DNA of 64,000 bases from Opitutales bacterium (GCA_049599475.1 JBMYOQ010000005.1:32001-96000); one strand, 5' to 3'. Numbered from the stretch's first letter, positions 48,313 to 58,666 are shown. Notes: generated by a model not told the origin, from the sequence alone. A program made the numbers and translations.

Positions 48313-49237
48313 GCCTTTTTATAGCCTGGTTTTTGCTGCCGTACTGGCGGGGCCGTTGGTGGCACAGCCGGTTTGGCTGGATATGGACCAGCAGGCATTG
48401 GATGATGCGTATAATCAGAGTGTATGGGCCGGGAACCTAGAGCAGGTCATTGCTCGCTTCGATTCGAACAGTGATCGCGCCCGAGCAGCCCTCGGAGCGC
48501 CCAAGCGATTCACGTATGGGCAGGAGCCGGATGAAGGTATTGATGTTTATAGGACGTCTGCCGATAACGCACCTATTCATATTTTCATACATGGAGGAGC
48601 CTGGTTTTTGGGGCGCGCACATGGAAACGCGCATGCGGCTGAGGCCTTCGTGGATGCGGGAGTGCATTTTGTAGTTCCTGATTTTTCATCGGTGAAAGAT
48701 CTTGGAGGCAACCTCGGCGGGATGGTTGCGCAGCTGCGAGCGGCTGTCGCGTGGGTCTATAAGAATGCGGCGACAGAGTTTGGTGGTGATCCTAACCGAA
48801 TATTTCTCTCCGGTTTTTCATCAGGAGGCCATCTTGCGTCAGTCCTTGCTACGACGGATTGGCCAGCGTTCGAAAAAGGCCTGCCATCTCAAATGTTTCA
48901 AGGCGCGGTCCTCTGTAGTGGAATGTATGATCTGTATCCCGTCAGCCTGTCGGCCCGCAGAGAGTATGTGAATTTCACAGATCAGATTATCGAAGATTAT
49001 AGCGCATTGAGACAGCTTCATTACCTAAACTGTCCAATCGTGCTGGCTTACGGTGGATTGGAGTCGCCCGAGTTTAAGCGGCAATCCGAGGTGTTTTATG
49101 AGGCACTCACAAAGGCTGAAGTTCCGGTCGAATTGATCGTCGCGGAGCAATACAATCATTTCGAAGTGATAGAGACCCTGGGGAACCCGTTCGGGCATTT
49201 AGGCAAGGCAGCTCTAGCGCAGATTTTCGGGAAATAG
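48302..49237 (+). CDS. Exported alpha/beta hydrolase, arylformamidase (kynurenine formamidase)-like
   Basis: Likely start ATG 48302 with signal peptide MRLRPFYSLVFAAVLAGPLVAQ; HGGAW, GFSSGG, ESPEF, NHFE. Confidence 0.82.
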   Translation: MRLRPFYSLVFAAVLAGPLVAQPVWLDMDQQALDDAYNQSVWAGNLEQVIARFDSNSDRARAALGAPKRFTYGQEPDEGIDVYRTSADNAPIHIFIHGGAWFLGRAHGNAHAAEAFVDAGVHFVVPDFSSVKDLGGNLGGMVAQLRAAVAWVYKNAATEFGGDPNRIFLSGFSSGGHLASVLATTDWPAFEKGLPSQMFQGAVLCSGMYDLYPVSLSARREYVNFTDQIIEDYSALRQLHYLNCPIVLAYGGLESPEFKRQSEVFYEALTKAEVPVELIVAEQYNHFEVIETLGNPFGHLGKAALAQIFGK

Positions 49238-49290
49238 ATCAAAGGCGATCATGATTGGAGTGCCTCTGCCGGGATCCCATGGCTGAGAGT

Positions 49291-49977
49291 TTATTCGACC
49301 TCTTGATACAGGGATTGGCTTATGATCGATCCGTGCTCACTTTCGGAAATAGCCCTTGTGATTGAAGGCTGTGCGTCTAGAGCCTGGCCGAGCATCTTAA
49401 GTCCATCCGTGTTGAAAGAAATTAAGTGGCTGAATGATCCATCTCCGACTTCTACTCGAAACATGTTAATGTAGATGTCTTTGCTGACAGTTTCTTGAGT
49501 CTGGGTCTGCCATCTTTCAAGAGTCTCGAGGAGCTTGGATTCATTTTTTGCGGCTACCCGTAGATTCAGGAGTGTGCCAGGAGTGTGGGTTCCGTCGAAA
49601 CGAACTGCTTTTAGATAAGTGTGTGAACCGGACGATTGAAGAGTCCGTGAAAGTGTGTTGCTTGCTGCTGTCCAGTCGGGGTGTTTCGAGAAAAGATCTC
49701 GGTTTGTGAGCAGGGATTCGAACGATAGGGCCGGGATAAGTGTGAAGCCGCCCTGTGTGTCGAGTGACTGATATGCTCGAAGGAAAAGCGGAATATCATG
49801 TTGATCGCTCATCCGCGCATTGATCGCCTGCATCTCCTGTTGAAAGCGTGGCAGGTCGGAAAACGCGACAGGTTCTATACAAATTGCCGGCAGGATCTCT
49901 GGCGCCTCAGCTTTTATTGCTATAGTTTGTGAGAGTAAAACCGCGAGGCTTAGGCAAAGGATATAAGGTGTGTGCAT
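49291..49977 (-). CDS. Exported hypothetical protein
   Basis: Signal-peptide-like N-terminus, 228 aa, no family recognised with confidence. Confidence 0.65.
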   Translation of the reverse strand: MHTPYILCLSLAVLLSQTIAIKAEAPEILPAICIEPVAFSDLPRFQQEMQAINARMSDQHDIPLFLRAYQSLDTQGGFTLIPALSFESLLTNRDLFSKHPDWTAASNTLSRTLQSSGSHTYLKAVRFDGTHTPGTLLNLRVAAKNESKLLETLERWQTQTQETVSKDIYINMFRVEVGDGSFSHLISFNTDGLKMLGQALDAQPSITRAISESEHGSIISQSLYQEVE

Positions 49978-50175
49978 ATTTGAGGAAACGAGTTGCGGAC
50001 GGGTCTTGCGGTCTGAGCATGGTGGGTAGCGAGTGTCGTACCGTGTGCTTGTAGGGGTTGAATCTCTGCTGATTTTATCTATCTCTGAACAATATGAGAA
50101 AGGACTATCGCCTTTACAGGAATGCCCTTTGCTGCGATACTATTTCGCTTTTTCTAACCGCAACCTATCGCTAAA

Positions 50176-51237
50176 ATGATCGAAGCACCTGAAACGCCGA
50201 GCTTTACGGACGCAGAATTGGATGCAGAGGCTGATCGTATTTTCAAACGCCTCTACACCGTCGAATGCAGTACGGACGTTTCGTGGTCGTATGAGAAGTG
50301 CCGCGAGCTTGCTCCGGTGACTCTCGAGATCGAGCACTGGAAGCGCGAGCGCAATGCGATCGTGTTGGCCCATTCCTATGTGAATCCGGAGATTATCTAC
50401 GGAGTTGGGGATCATGTCGGCGATTCATACAAGCTCTCTGTCGACGCGGCTGAAAACAAGAAGCCGATGATCGTCTTCAGCGGTGTGGTTTTCATGGCAG
50501 AGACTGCGAAAATCCTCTCTCCGGATGCCCGCGTCTTAGTGCCAGATATGGGTTCTGGCTGTTCCTTGGCTGATTCTTTGACAGGCGAGCAACTTCGTGA
50601 GATGAAGGCTGGAATTGAGGGCGATTTTGCAACTGTCTGCTATGTGAATTGCAACGCAGATGTGAAGGCCGAGTGCGATGTCTGCGTGACTTCTACCAAC
50701 GTATACAAAATTATCGCGGCCCTCCCGCAGAAGCGCATTCTCTTCGTGCCCGACCGTTTGATGGCGGAAAACATCCGTGTCGAGATGCGGAAATTGGGGA
50801 TCGATAAAGAGATTCTGACATCTGATGGCACATGCATGGTGCATGACCAATTTACTCCAGATCTGATCGCTGATGCGCGTAGCCGCTACCCTGGCTTGGC
50901 AGTGGTATCTCACCCAGAGTGCACACGTGAAATCACAGAGCGTAGCGACTTTGTCGGCAGCACGTCTGCGATGATGAAATACGTGAAGGAGAGTGATGCG
51001 CCTTACTACATGATGCTTACCGAGTGTGGGTTGGTGAGTCGCTTAGAGGTGGAAAATCCCGAGAAGCGCTTTATTGGCTCCTGCAAGATGTGCCCTTACA
51101 TGAAGCTCAATACTTTGGAGAAGATTCGCGATGCTCTGAAATTTGTAGATCCAGCTCTCGAGGTCACCTTGGATGAAGATATTCGCCTGAAAGCCGAAGC
51201 TTCCCTGAGGAAAATGATCGAGATGACCCAGGCCTAA
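50176..51237 (+). CDS. nadA: Quinolinate synthase
   Basis: LAHSY, GDSY, VFMAETAKIL, GCSLA, CYVN, CMVH, HPEC, CPYMK. Confidence 0.96.
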   Translation: MIEAPETPSFTDAELDAEADRIFKRLYTVECSTDVSWSYEKCRELAPVTLEIEHWKRERNAIVLAHSYVNPEIIYGVGDHVGDSYKLSVDAAENKKPMIVFSGVVFMAETAKILSPDARVLVPDMGSGCSLADSLTGEQLREMKAGIEGDFATVCYVNCNADVKAECDVCVTSTNVYKIIAALPQKRILFVPDRLMAENIRVEMRKLGIDKEILTSDGTCMVHDQFTPDLIADARSRYPGLAVVSHPECTREITERSDFVGSTSAMMKYVKESDAPYYMMLTECGLVSRLEVENPEKRFIGSCKMCPYMKLNTLEKIRDALKFVDPALEVTLDEDIRLKAEASLRKMIEMTQA

Positions 51238-51264
51238 GGCCATAAATTTCTACCCAAGAGAGTC

Positions 51265-52089
51265 ATGTTTGACGACCCACTTATTGATCTAGCGCTCCGC
51301 GAGGATGCCGGGCTAGGAGATTTGACCAGCGAAGCGATTTTTAGCAAATCCGACACCGCATCTGGCCGAATCGTGGCCAAGGAGCCCCTGGTTCTCGCCG
51401 GTATGGAAATTGGCGCAAAGGTGTTCGAACGCTGTTCGAAGGACATTGTATTTGAGCCCTTGGCGGAGGATGGCGACAAGATCATCCCGGGCGAAACGGT
51501 GCTGCGATTCTCGGGGCCCACGATCCCGCTGCTCATCGCAGAGCGTACGGTCCTGAACTTCATGCAAAACTTGTCTGGCATCGCGACGGTTTGTCGGCGC
51601 TACGCAGATGTTGCGACACCCTATGGTGTGAAAGTCGTTGATACGCGCAAAACGCTCCCAGGATTCCGTTCCTTGGCTAAGTATGCAGTGCGTTGTGGCG
51701 GTTGCTTTAATCACCGTTCAGGTCTGGGAGACCATGTGTTGATTAAGGAAAACCATATAGCGGCTGCGGGGTCGCTCGAGGCAGCTATTGAACGCTGCCA
51801 GGCGCGTGCTCCACATCTCTGCAAAATCGAAGTAGAGGTCGTCGATATCGAAATGGCCGGTAAGGCGATCGCGGCGGGTGCAGATGTATTGCTTCTCGAT
51901 AATATGAGCGTAGAAGAGATTGGCGACTACGTGAAGCGCTACAAATACCAGGCGGTGCTCGAAGTCTCAGGAGGCGTCACCATGGACACTTTGGAAAGCT
52001 ACTGTCAGACGGGTGTCGATGTGATCAGTGTCGGTGCTTTAACCCACTCTGTGAAGGCTGCCGACCTGAGTATGCTCTTCGATGTATGA
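51265..52089 (+). CDS. nadC: Nicotinate-nucleotide diphosphorylase (carboxylating)
   Basis: ERTVLN, DTRKT, HR.GL, IKENH, EVE, LLDN, SVGALTH. Confidence 0.96.
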   Translation: MFDDPLIDLALREDAGLGDLTSEAIFSKSDTASGRIVAKEPLVLAGMEIGAKVFERCSKDIVFEPLAEDGDKIIPGETVLRFSGPTIPLLIAERTVLNFMQNLSGIATVCRRYADVATPYGVKVVDTRKTLPGFRSLAKYAVRCGGCFNHRSGLGDHVLIKENHIAAAGSLEAAIERCQARAPHLCKIEVEVVDIEMAGKAIAAGADVLLLDNMSVEEIGDYVKRYKYQAVLEVSGGVTMDTLESYCQTGVDVISVGALTHSVKAADLSMLFDV

Positions 52090-53684
52090 AGGTCCTAGAT
52101 ACAGATTGTCTCGTGCTGGGCGCGGGACTCGCGGGCGCGGCGTATGCATATCATGTCGGTAAGCAGGGGCATGACGTAGTCTTACTCTCGGCGGATAAGC
52201 CCAAAAAAAGTGCAAACTCAAATTGGGCTCAGGGCGGCATTATTTATCATGATAAAGATGATATGGATCGCCTGCGTAAGGATATTTTGGATGCGAATGG
52301 AGGTACCTCGAATCCGGATGCGGTCGACGCTCTGGTGCAGCATGGCGCTCAGTCGTTGAAGACCTTGTTGCTGGACGAATTAAATATTGATTTCGACCGG
52401 GAGGAGTCTACTGGAGACCTCAAGTTTACTCGGGAAGGTGGACACTCCGAAGCCCGTATTATCTTCGCTAAGGATACCACCGGGAAAAGCATGTTGGACG
52501 GGGTGCACAAAGCGCTGGACGGCCTCGACAGTGTGTCGCGTATCGAGAATTCTGTAGCAATCGATCTGCTCACGCTCTCACATAGCTCGACCGCTTACCA
52601 CGACCGTTTCAAACCGCCGACGGTCTTCGGAGCTTACATCCTGGATACGCAGACACGCGAAGTCTCTGCAATTCGCGCGAAGAAGACCATCCTGGCCACG
52701 GGAGGTCTCGGGCAATTGTATAACCACACGACCAATCAGCGGGGGATATATGGTCATGGCGCTGCCATGGCGTATCGCGTTGGTGCGCGGATGATGGATA
52801 TGGAGTATATTCAATTCCATCCTACTGCATTCTGTAAGAAAGGGGCACCCACCTTTTTGCTTACGGAGGCCTTGCGCGGAGAAGGCGCGATTTTGATCAA
52901 TGAAGCAGGCGAGCGCTTCATGGAAGGCAAGCATCCTTTGAAAGAGTTGGCCCCGCGTGACTTTGTAGCGCGCAGCATCTATGAAGAGATGATGCAAAAT
53001 GGGGATTTCTCGGTCTATTTGGACATGACTCACTTCGATGCTGAGCACCTCAAAGCCCGTTTCCCCTTTATCTACGAAAAGTGTCTCGAGTTTGGTGTCG
53101 ATATCACTCGAGAGCCCGCACCGGTGGCTCCGGCGGCCCACTATCTGTGTGGCGGAGTCTATGCGAGCATGTCGGGGCGTACAACGATTGAAAATCTTAA
53201 CGCGATCGGGGAGTCTGCCTGCACTGGATTGCATGGTGCGAATCGACTGGCCAGCACGTCCTTGCTCGAATGCCTGACGGGTGCTCAATTGACTGCGGAT
53301 CTCGACCTGCGCGATCTGAAAAATGAACAATTCCACTTGCCCGAGGTAAAGCCATGGCAAAGCCCGAGCAAAGAAGCGGACAGTTCGCTGGTGAAACAGG
53401 ACCTCAAGCTCATCAAGAACACGATGACGAACTATGTCGGCCTGATTCGCTCGGCCGATCGCCTCGAGCGAGCGGGGCGTATTTTAAACACGCTTAAAGA
53501 AGAGGTCGACGCCTTCTACAAGGACTGCCGCCTGGATGAGAGTCTCCTCAATCTGCGCAATGCTGTTTTATCGGCCTTGCTGGTGGTGCATGCTGCAAAG
53601 CTCAACCGCCAGTCTCGAGGCTGTCACTACCGCGCTGACGCCGTGACAAAAGAAGTCCAAGGGATCGTCGAATATCGGATATAG
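52086..53684 (+). CDS. nadB: L-aspartate oxidase
   Basis: GAGLAG, NWAQGGI, REGGHS, QFHPT, TEALRGEG, LAPRD, HYLCGG, HGANRLASTSL. Confidence 0.96.
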   Translation: MKVLDTDCLVLGAGLAGAAYAYHVGKQGHDVVLLSADKPKKSANSNWAQGGIIYHDKDDMDRLRKDILDANGGTSNPDAVDALVQHGAQSLKTLLLDELNIDFDREESTGDLKFTREGGHSEARIIFAKDTTGKSMLDGVHKALDGLDSVSRIENSVAIDLLTLSHSSTAYHDRFKPPTVFGAYILDTQTREVSAIRAKKTILATGGLGQLYNHTTNQRGIYGHGAAMAYRVGARMMDMEYIQFHPTAFCKKGAPTFLLTEALRGEGAILINEAGERFMEGKHPLKELAPRDFVARSIYEEMMQNGDFSVYLDMTHFDAEHLKARFPFIYEKCLEFGVDITREPAPVAPAAHYLCGGVYASMSGRTTIENLNAIGESACTGLHGANRLASTSLLECLTGAQLTADLDLRDLKNEQFHLPEVKPWQSPSKEADSSLVKQDLKLIKNTMTNYVGLIRSADRLERAGRILNTLKEEVDAFYKDCRLDESLLNLRNAVLSALLVVHAAKLNRQSRGCHYRADAVTKEVQGIVEYRI

Positions 53685-53749
53685 CTTTTGGCGAGCTTAG
53701 GCTTTCCGGCCTTTACATGCGAACGGGCTCGGATACGGTCTAGGTATCC

Positions 53750-54238
53750 ATGTCGCAGCATCGTAACATTGTCCTTTTTATCTGCACCGGCAACACATGT
53801 CGGAGTCCGATGGCTGAGCGACTTTTGGCGCATGCTCTCAAGGCGGAGGATGCTCCATTGAATGAGCTGGAAGTGCGGTCGGCTGGAGTCGCTGCTTACG
53901 GAGGCGATCCGGCTTCTGAGAATTCGGTGGTTGCGCTGAAGAAGGTGGGTATCGCATTGGATGATCACCAAAGCAGCGCATTGACGCATCAGCTGCTGGA
54001 TCAGGCCTTGGTGGTTTTCTGCATGACGGACTCCCATCAATTTGCGATTTCTCAAGCGCTTGACGGTGTCCCGGATGCGCCTAAGGTTTTCCTCATGCGC
54101 GAGCTGATGGGGGCAGGAGTCGATGTCCAAATTCCGGACCCCTTTGGTGGGCCGCTTCCCGCCTACGAAGCATCGCGCGATAGTATGGTCGAGGCGATCC
54201 CGTCCATTATTCAATTTCTCAAAAACGAGCTTTCCTAA
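53750..54238 (+). CDS. Low-molecular-weight protein phosphatase (YwlE-like arginine/tyrosine)
   Basis: CTGNTCRSPMAE, SAG, IPDPFGG. Confidence 0.92.
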   Translation: MSQHRNIVLFICTGNTCRSPMAERLLAHALKAEDAPLNELEVRSAGVAAYGGDPASENSVVALKKVGIALDDHQSSALTHQLLDQALVVFCMTDSHQFAISQALDGVPDAPKVFLMRELMGAGVDVQIPDPFGGPLPAYEASRDSMVEAIPSIIQFLKNELS

Positions 54239-54265
54239 ACATCCTACTTTTAAACCCAGAACAAC

Positions 54266-55537
54266 ATGCTAACCACAAATCCAAACCTCTTGTCTACACC
54301 GCTAGCCGAACTCGATCCTGCGATCTACGATTTGATCCAGTCTGAGAAGGGCCGCCAGCAGAGCCACATCGAGTTGATTGCATCGGAAAATTTCACCTTG
54401 CCCGCAGTAATGGAAGCGCAGGGCAGTGTGTTGACGAACAAGTATGCCGAAGGCTACCCAGGCAAGCGCTACTATGGAGGTTGCGAGTTTGTGGATGAAG
54501 TGGAGACGCTTGCTATCGAGCGGGCGAAGGCTCTCTTCGGAGCAGGATGGGCCAATGTGCAGCCGCACTCTGGTAGTCAGGCGAATGCCGCGGTATATTT
54601 CGCTACGATTAAGCCAGGGGACAAAATCCTCACTATGCGTCTCGAGGACGGCGGTCATCTGACGCATGGTCACCCAATGAATTTCTCCGGTAATTTCTAC
54701 GAAGTGGTGCACTACGGCGTGGATCCGGAGACCGGCCTTATCAACTACGACGAGATCGAAGAGATGGCTGAAAAAGAGCAGCCTAAGATGATCACGGTGG
54801 GTGCGTCTGCCTACTCACGTGTTATCGACTTCGAGCGCATGGGTAAGATCGCTCGCAAGGTGGGTGCTTATCTTCTCGCAGATATTGCCCACATCGCAGG
54901 TCTGGTTGCTGCAGGCGAGCATCCATCACCAGTCGGCCACGCAGATTTCGTGACTACCACGACCCACAAGACCCTCCGCGGACCGCGTGGTGGTTTGATC
55001 CTTGGAACTGACGAAGAGCTCGGTAAGAAGGTGAACACCTCTGCTTTCCCAGGGATTCAAGGCGGACCGCTGATGCACGTTATCGCTGCAAAGGCGACTT
55101 GTTTCCAAGAGTGTGCGAAGCCCGAATTCAAGGCTTACCAGGCTCAAGTGAAGCGCAACGCAGCGGCCTTGGCAGGGCGTTTGGTGGAAAAGGGATACGG
55201 TGTCGTCTCTGGCGGGACTGAAAATCACCTCTGCCTCATTGATTTGCGCAAAAATCTTCCAGACCTCACCGGTAGTCTCGCTCAGAAGACCTTGGACAAG
55301 GCGCATATCACGCTGAACAAGAACACCGTCCCGGGTGAAGATCGTAGCCCATTCAAGACCAGCGGTATTCGCATTGGAACGCCTGCAGTGACCTCGCGCG
55401 GGATGGGAGAGGCTGAAATGGTCGAGATCGCCGACGCCATCGATTTAGTGTTACGCGATCCGAAAAATGAATCTGTTATTGAGAATGCCAAATCAGTAGC
55501 TACCCGCTTGGCAACAGCCTTTCCGCTGCCGTATTAG
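54266..55537 (+). CDS. glyA: Serine hydroxymethyltransferase
   Basis: [36 protein letters not shown]. Confidence 0.98.
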   Translation: MLTTNPNLLSTPLAELDPAIYDLIQSEKGRQQSHIELIASENFTLPAVMEAQGSVLTNKYAEGYPGKRYYGGCEFVDEVETLAIERAKALFGAGWANVQPHSGSQANAAVYFATIKPGDKILTMRLEDGGHLTHGHPMNFSGNFYEVVHYGVDPETGLINYDEIEEMAEKEQPKMITVGASAYSRVIDFERMGKIARKVGAYLLADIAHIAGLVAAGEHPSPVGHADFVTTTTHKTLRGPRGGLILGTDEELGKKVNTSAFPGIQGGPLMHVIAAKATCFQECAKPEFKAYQAQVKRNAAALAGRLVEKGYGVVSGGTENHLCLIDLRKNLPDLTGSLAQKTLDKAHITLNKNTVPGEDRSPFKTSGIRIGTPAVTSRGMGEAEMVEIADAIDLVLRDPKNESVIENAKSVATRLATAFPLPY

Positions 55538-55654
55538 CGGTATTTTTACAATTAGCGCACTCTGTTCTAAAAAGAGGCGCTTTTTGTTAAAAAGTATTGG
55601 CTCTCCTGCCGTTATGATCTTACTCGGAGTATTCTTTAATCCCAAAACTATCCT

Positions 55655-56359
55655 ATGAAGAGAAATTCTAATCTATCCCCAAGACGCGGTTTTACCCTCG
55701 TAGAACTGCTCACTGTAATCGCCGTTATCGGCATCCTGGCTGCGATCCTCATTCCGACGATCGGTGCGGTGCAAAAGACCGCGCAACAGACACAGTCTTC
55801 AAGTAATCTTCGCCAGATCGCTACGGCTTACACATCTTATTCAAACTCAGGTGGCCGTGCGCGTAACATTTCTTCTTCCCAGGCCTCTGATATGCAGAAC
55901 TGGGCAGCAGTCCTTGCGGCGAACGTAGGCCTGAACGAGCCGGCGCTCTACATCATCAATTACGCAGATGATGTCGCAGCAGAAGAAACACTTCCTACGA
56001 TCATCGTAGACAACTCTGGCAACATTGATGGCGATTTCTCTGGTTTCCCAGTGAGCTACAGCGCTGTCACAGGATTGAGCTTAAGCTCGCCTGCTTCGAC
56101 AACTCCACTCATCTGGACTAAAGGCCTTAGTAGTTCAGGAGAGTGGCCAGCGGCAACTAGCCCATGGATTGCAAATGAGGGACATATCGCATTCCTCGAC
56201 ACACACGTAGAGTTTTTCCAGGCACAATCAGGTGAAGCTGCAGTGACTCTCGTAGGTCACCCGCGCAACGGTTCTGCTGGTCAGGAAACGAATGACATCA
56301 GTGCTGCGGTTAACGCGTCTGGCACTACAGTTATTCGCGAAGGTCCTGCTCTTCAGTAA
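55655..56359 (+). CDS. Prepilin-type N-terminal cleavage/methylation protein (PVC type)
   Basis: RRG|FTLVELLTVIAVIGILAAILIP, SSNLRQI, C-terminal HIAFLDTHVE. Confidence 0.9.
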   Translation: MKRNSNLSPRRGFTLVELLTVIAVIGILAAILIPTIGAVQKTAQQTQSSSNLRQIATAYTSYSNSGGRARNISSSQASDMQNWAAVLAANVGLNEPALYIINYADDVAAEETLPTIIVDNSGNIDGDFSGFPVSYSAVTGLSLSSPASTTPLIWTKGLSSSGEWPAATSPWIANEGHIAFLDTHVEFFQAQSGEAAVTLVGHPRNGSAGQETNDISAAVNASGTTVIREGPALQ

Positions 56360-56381
56360 GGCTGTTTAGCTAATTTTCCCC

Positions 56382-56411
56382 AAGCCCGGTTCATAAGAGC
56401 CGGGTTTTTTT
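56382..56411 (+). terminator. Rho-independent terminator
   Basis: AGCCCGGTTC-ATAA-GAGCCGGGTT followed by a T-tract, downstream of the prepilin stop. Confidence 0.8.
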
Positions 56412-56461
56412 GTGCCTGTAGCATTGCTTTCGTATTCAGGCTAGGTCTGATTGATAAACAT

Positions 56462-58492
56462 ATGATCAGTTTACGAGATATGCCCGAAGAGGCTGTGTCG
56501 GTGCCGGATGTGCCGGGATTGGTGTCTCGTATTTTTGGAGAAAGCGGATGGCTGGTCGAAAAGCATGGTTTGGAGTATCGTGCCGAGCAGGAAGAGATGG
56601 CCTTGCGGGTGGCGCATGCCTTCTGTGGGGACCATCCTATTATCTTCGAGGCCGGCACGGGGACGGGGAAGAGTCTCGCTTATTTGGTGCCAGGAATCAT
56701 CCACGCGGTCGCCTTCAAGCGGCCTTTGGTGATCTCGTCGCATACGATCGCGCTGCAGGAGCAATTGAAGCGGAAGGATTTGGTCATTTGCCGGGAGCTA
56801 TTTGAGTCGATACCGGAGCTGAATCCATTTGCCGAATTTGAGACAGCCTTGCTTGTTGGGCGCGGAAACTACCTTTGCACGACCCGTCTAGCGCGTGCGC
56901 TCGGAAATTTATCCGAAACCGTTGAGGATGCGGAGTCGAGTGAGCTGAGGCGTATCGCCGATTGGGCGCAGCATACGGAGACAGGGCTGCAGCATGAAAT
57001 TGTGCCAAGGGTGTCCCCCGAGGTATGGGACATGGTGAGCGCGGATTCCTCGATTTGCTCCCGTAAGAACTGCGACGACTCCATTTGTTTTTACCAAAAG
57101 GCGAAGAAAGAAATTGCTCGGAGTCACGTGCGAATTCTCAACCACAGCCTCTTATTCGCTCTGCTCAATGCTGGGATGTCTGCACCTGCTGATAAGCGCG
57201 GTATTCTCTTTCCGGAAGATACCTTGGTGCTCGACGAGGCGCATACGATACCATCGATTGCGACGGACCATATAGGGAATGCTGTGAGTTCCTTTGGTTT
57301 CGGTTTGGCGCTGAATCGTTTATACAATCCGCAGAAGGAAAAAGGCTTTTTAAAGAAGCATGGAAACAAGCGTGTAATAGACACGGCGGCCCACGCAATT
57401 TTGGCAGTGGATCAGTATTTTTCCGATATCCATACTGGATTGCTGGACGTGAAAAATATTGTCCGAGTGCATCAGCCTGGATGGTCGGATATGAGTGAAC
57501 TCTCACCGGTGCCCCGCCTTGTGGATGAGTTGGGAAGCCTGGAAGGGCGCATTCAGGATGAGAATGCGTTGTCTGAGTTGCGGGACCATCGCCGACGTCT
57601 CAAAAGCCTCTACGAGTCCTTAGTTGCCTGCAATGAGATGAAAGAGCCTGGGCATGTCTTTTGGGTGGAGCGCGCCGGTAAACGGCGGACAACGATACAT
57701 GTGCGCTCGGCTCCGATTGACGTGGCTCCCTATCTCAAAGAATATCTGTTCGATGCTGAGACGGGCTGTCTCATGACGAGCGCGACCTTGGCGACAGGGA
57801 GAAATCTCAATGATTTTGCGAAAAAAGTGGGAGGGCTGGATGCTGACCTCGGGCAGGTGCTGTCTCCCTTTGATTATGACAAGCAGGTGGACATTCGCGT
57901 GTCGAAGAAAGGGTTTCTTGCTCGAGTGCAAGGCCGGGGAGGTTTCCAGACAGACATTTCTGGCCTTTGCCAGGAAATTTTCAAATCGGTGTCTCTGCGT
58001 GAAGGAGGCAGTCTAGTCCTTTTCACCAACTATCGGGATATGCAGCAGTGTGCCCTCGAATCTGAGCGAGCCTTCTCCGATGCGGGTCGTGCTTTGTTTG
58101 TGCAAGGGCAGGATCTATCTCGGAGTGAGATGGTCGAGCAGTTCAAGAAATTGGGGAATGCTGTGATGTTTGGGACGGATTCCTTTTGGACGGGCATCGA
58201 TGTGCCGGGCCGAGCTTTGGAGCACGTGATCATCACGAAATTGCCCTTTGAAAACCCATCGCACCCAGTCCAAGAGGCCAAGGTAGAGTGGGTTGAAAGC
58301 CATGGTGGAAATCCATTTATGGAGATATCGATCCCGGACGCGGTCATCAAATTTCGACAAGGGATTGGACGACTCATTCGAAGCCGAACGGACAGTGGCA
58401 TCATTACGATCTTAGATAATCGCGTATTGAATAAGCCCTACGGTAAATATTTCTTAGCAGCTCTACCCAAGAAGCAGTACGCGGTGGTCTAG
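56462..58492 (+). CDS. DinG/YoaA-family ATP-dependent DNA helicase
   Basis: EAGTGTGKS, GRGNYLC, Fe-S cysteines C..C..C, LDEAH, TSATL, FWTGIDVPG, QGIGRLIR. Confidence 0.92.
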   Translation: MISLRDMPEEAVSVPDVPGLVSRIFGESGWLVEKHGLEYRAEQEEMALRVAHAFCGDHPIIFEAGTGTGKSLAYLVPGIIHAVAFKRPLVISSHTIALQEQLKRKDLVICRELFESIPELNPFAEFETALLVGRGNYLCTTRLARALGNLSETVEDAESSELRRIADWAQHTETGLQHEIVPRVSPEVWDMVSADSSICSRKNCDDSICFYQKAKKEIARSHVRILNHSLLFALLNAGMSAPADKRGILFPEDTLVLDEAHTIPSIATDHIGNAVSSFGFGLALNRLYNPQKEKGFLKKHGNKRVIDTAAHAILAVDQYFSDIHTGLLDVKNIVRVHQPGWSDMSELSPVPRLVDELGSLEGRIQDENALSELRDHRRRLKSLYESLVACNEMKEPGHVFWVERAGKRRTTIHVRSAPIDVAPYLKEYLFDAETGCLMTSATLATGRNLNDFAKKVGGLDADLGQVLSPFDYDKQVDIRVSKKGFLARVQGRGGFQTDISGLCQEIFKSVSLREGGSLVLFTNYRDMQQCALESERAFSDAGRALFVQGQDLSRSEMVEQFKKLGNAVMFGTDSFWTGIDVPGRALEHVIITKLPFENPSHPVQEAKVEWVESHGGNPFMEISIPDAVIKFRQGIGRLIRSRTDSGIITILDNRVLNKPYGKYFLAALPKKQYAVV

Positions 58493-58513
58493 AGTGGATC
58501 TGGGAAGGCTTAC

Positions 58514-58666
58514 CGGAGATGGCGAAGCAATGGCGCTGCGTTTAGGCTGATGTTGTCAGTAGCGGCCGATCTCCGAGCGACCGAATGCTGCGTATCAGCT
58601 GGGCGAAATTGCTGTCTTCAACCGCTCGGAGATCGGTTGCTACCCCATTTCTTCTCTAAGGGCAGC
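58514..58666. repeat. 153-bp dispersed REPIN-like repeat, copy 2
   Basis: Same orientation as 7610-7762. Inverted REPs GTAGCGGCCGATCTCCGAGCGACCG (58559-58583) and CAACCGCTCGGAGATCGGTTGCTAC (58619-58643). Confidence 0.9.

Noticed and set aside
49978..50175. NAD riboswitch or NrtR box upstream of nadA
   Set aside because: No convincing structure or palindrome was recognisable by eye; an Infernal/Rfam scan would be needed.
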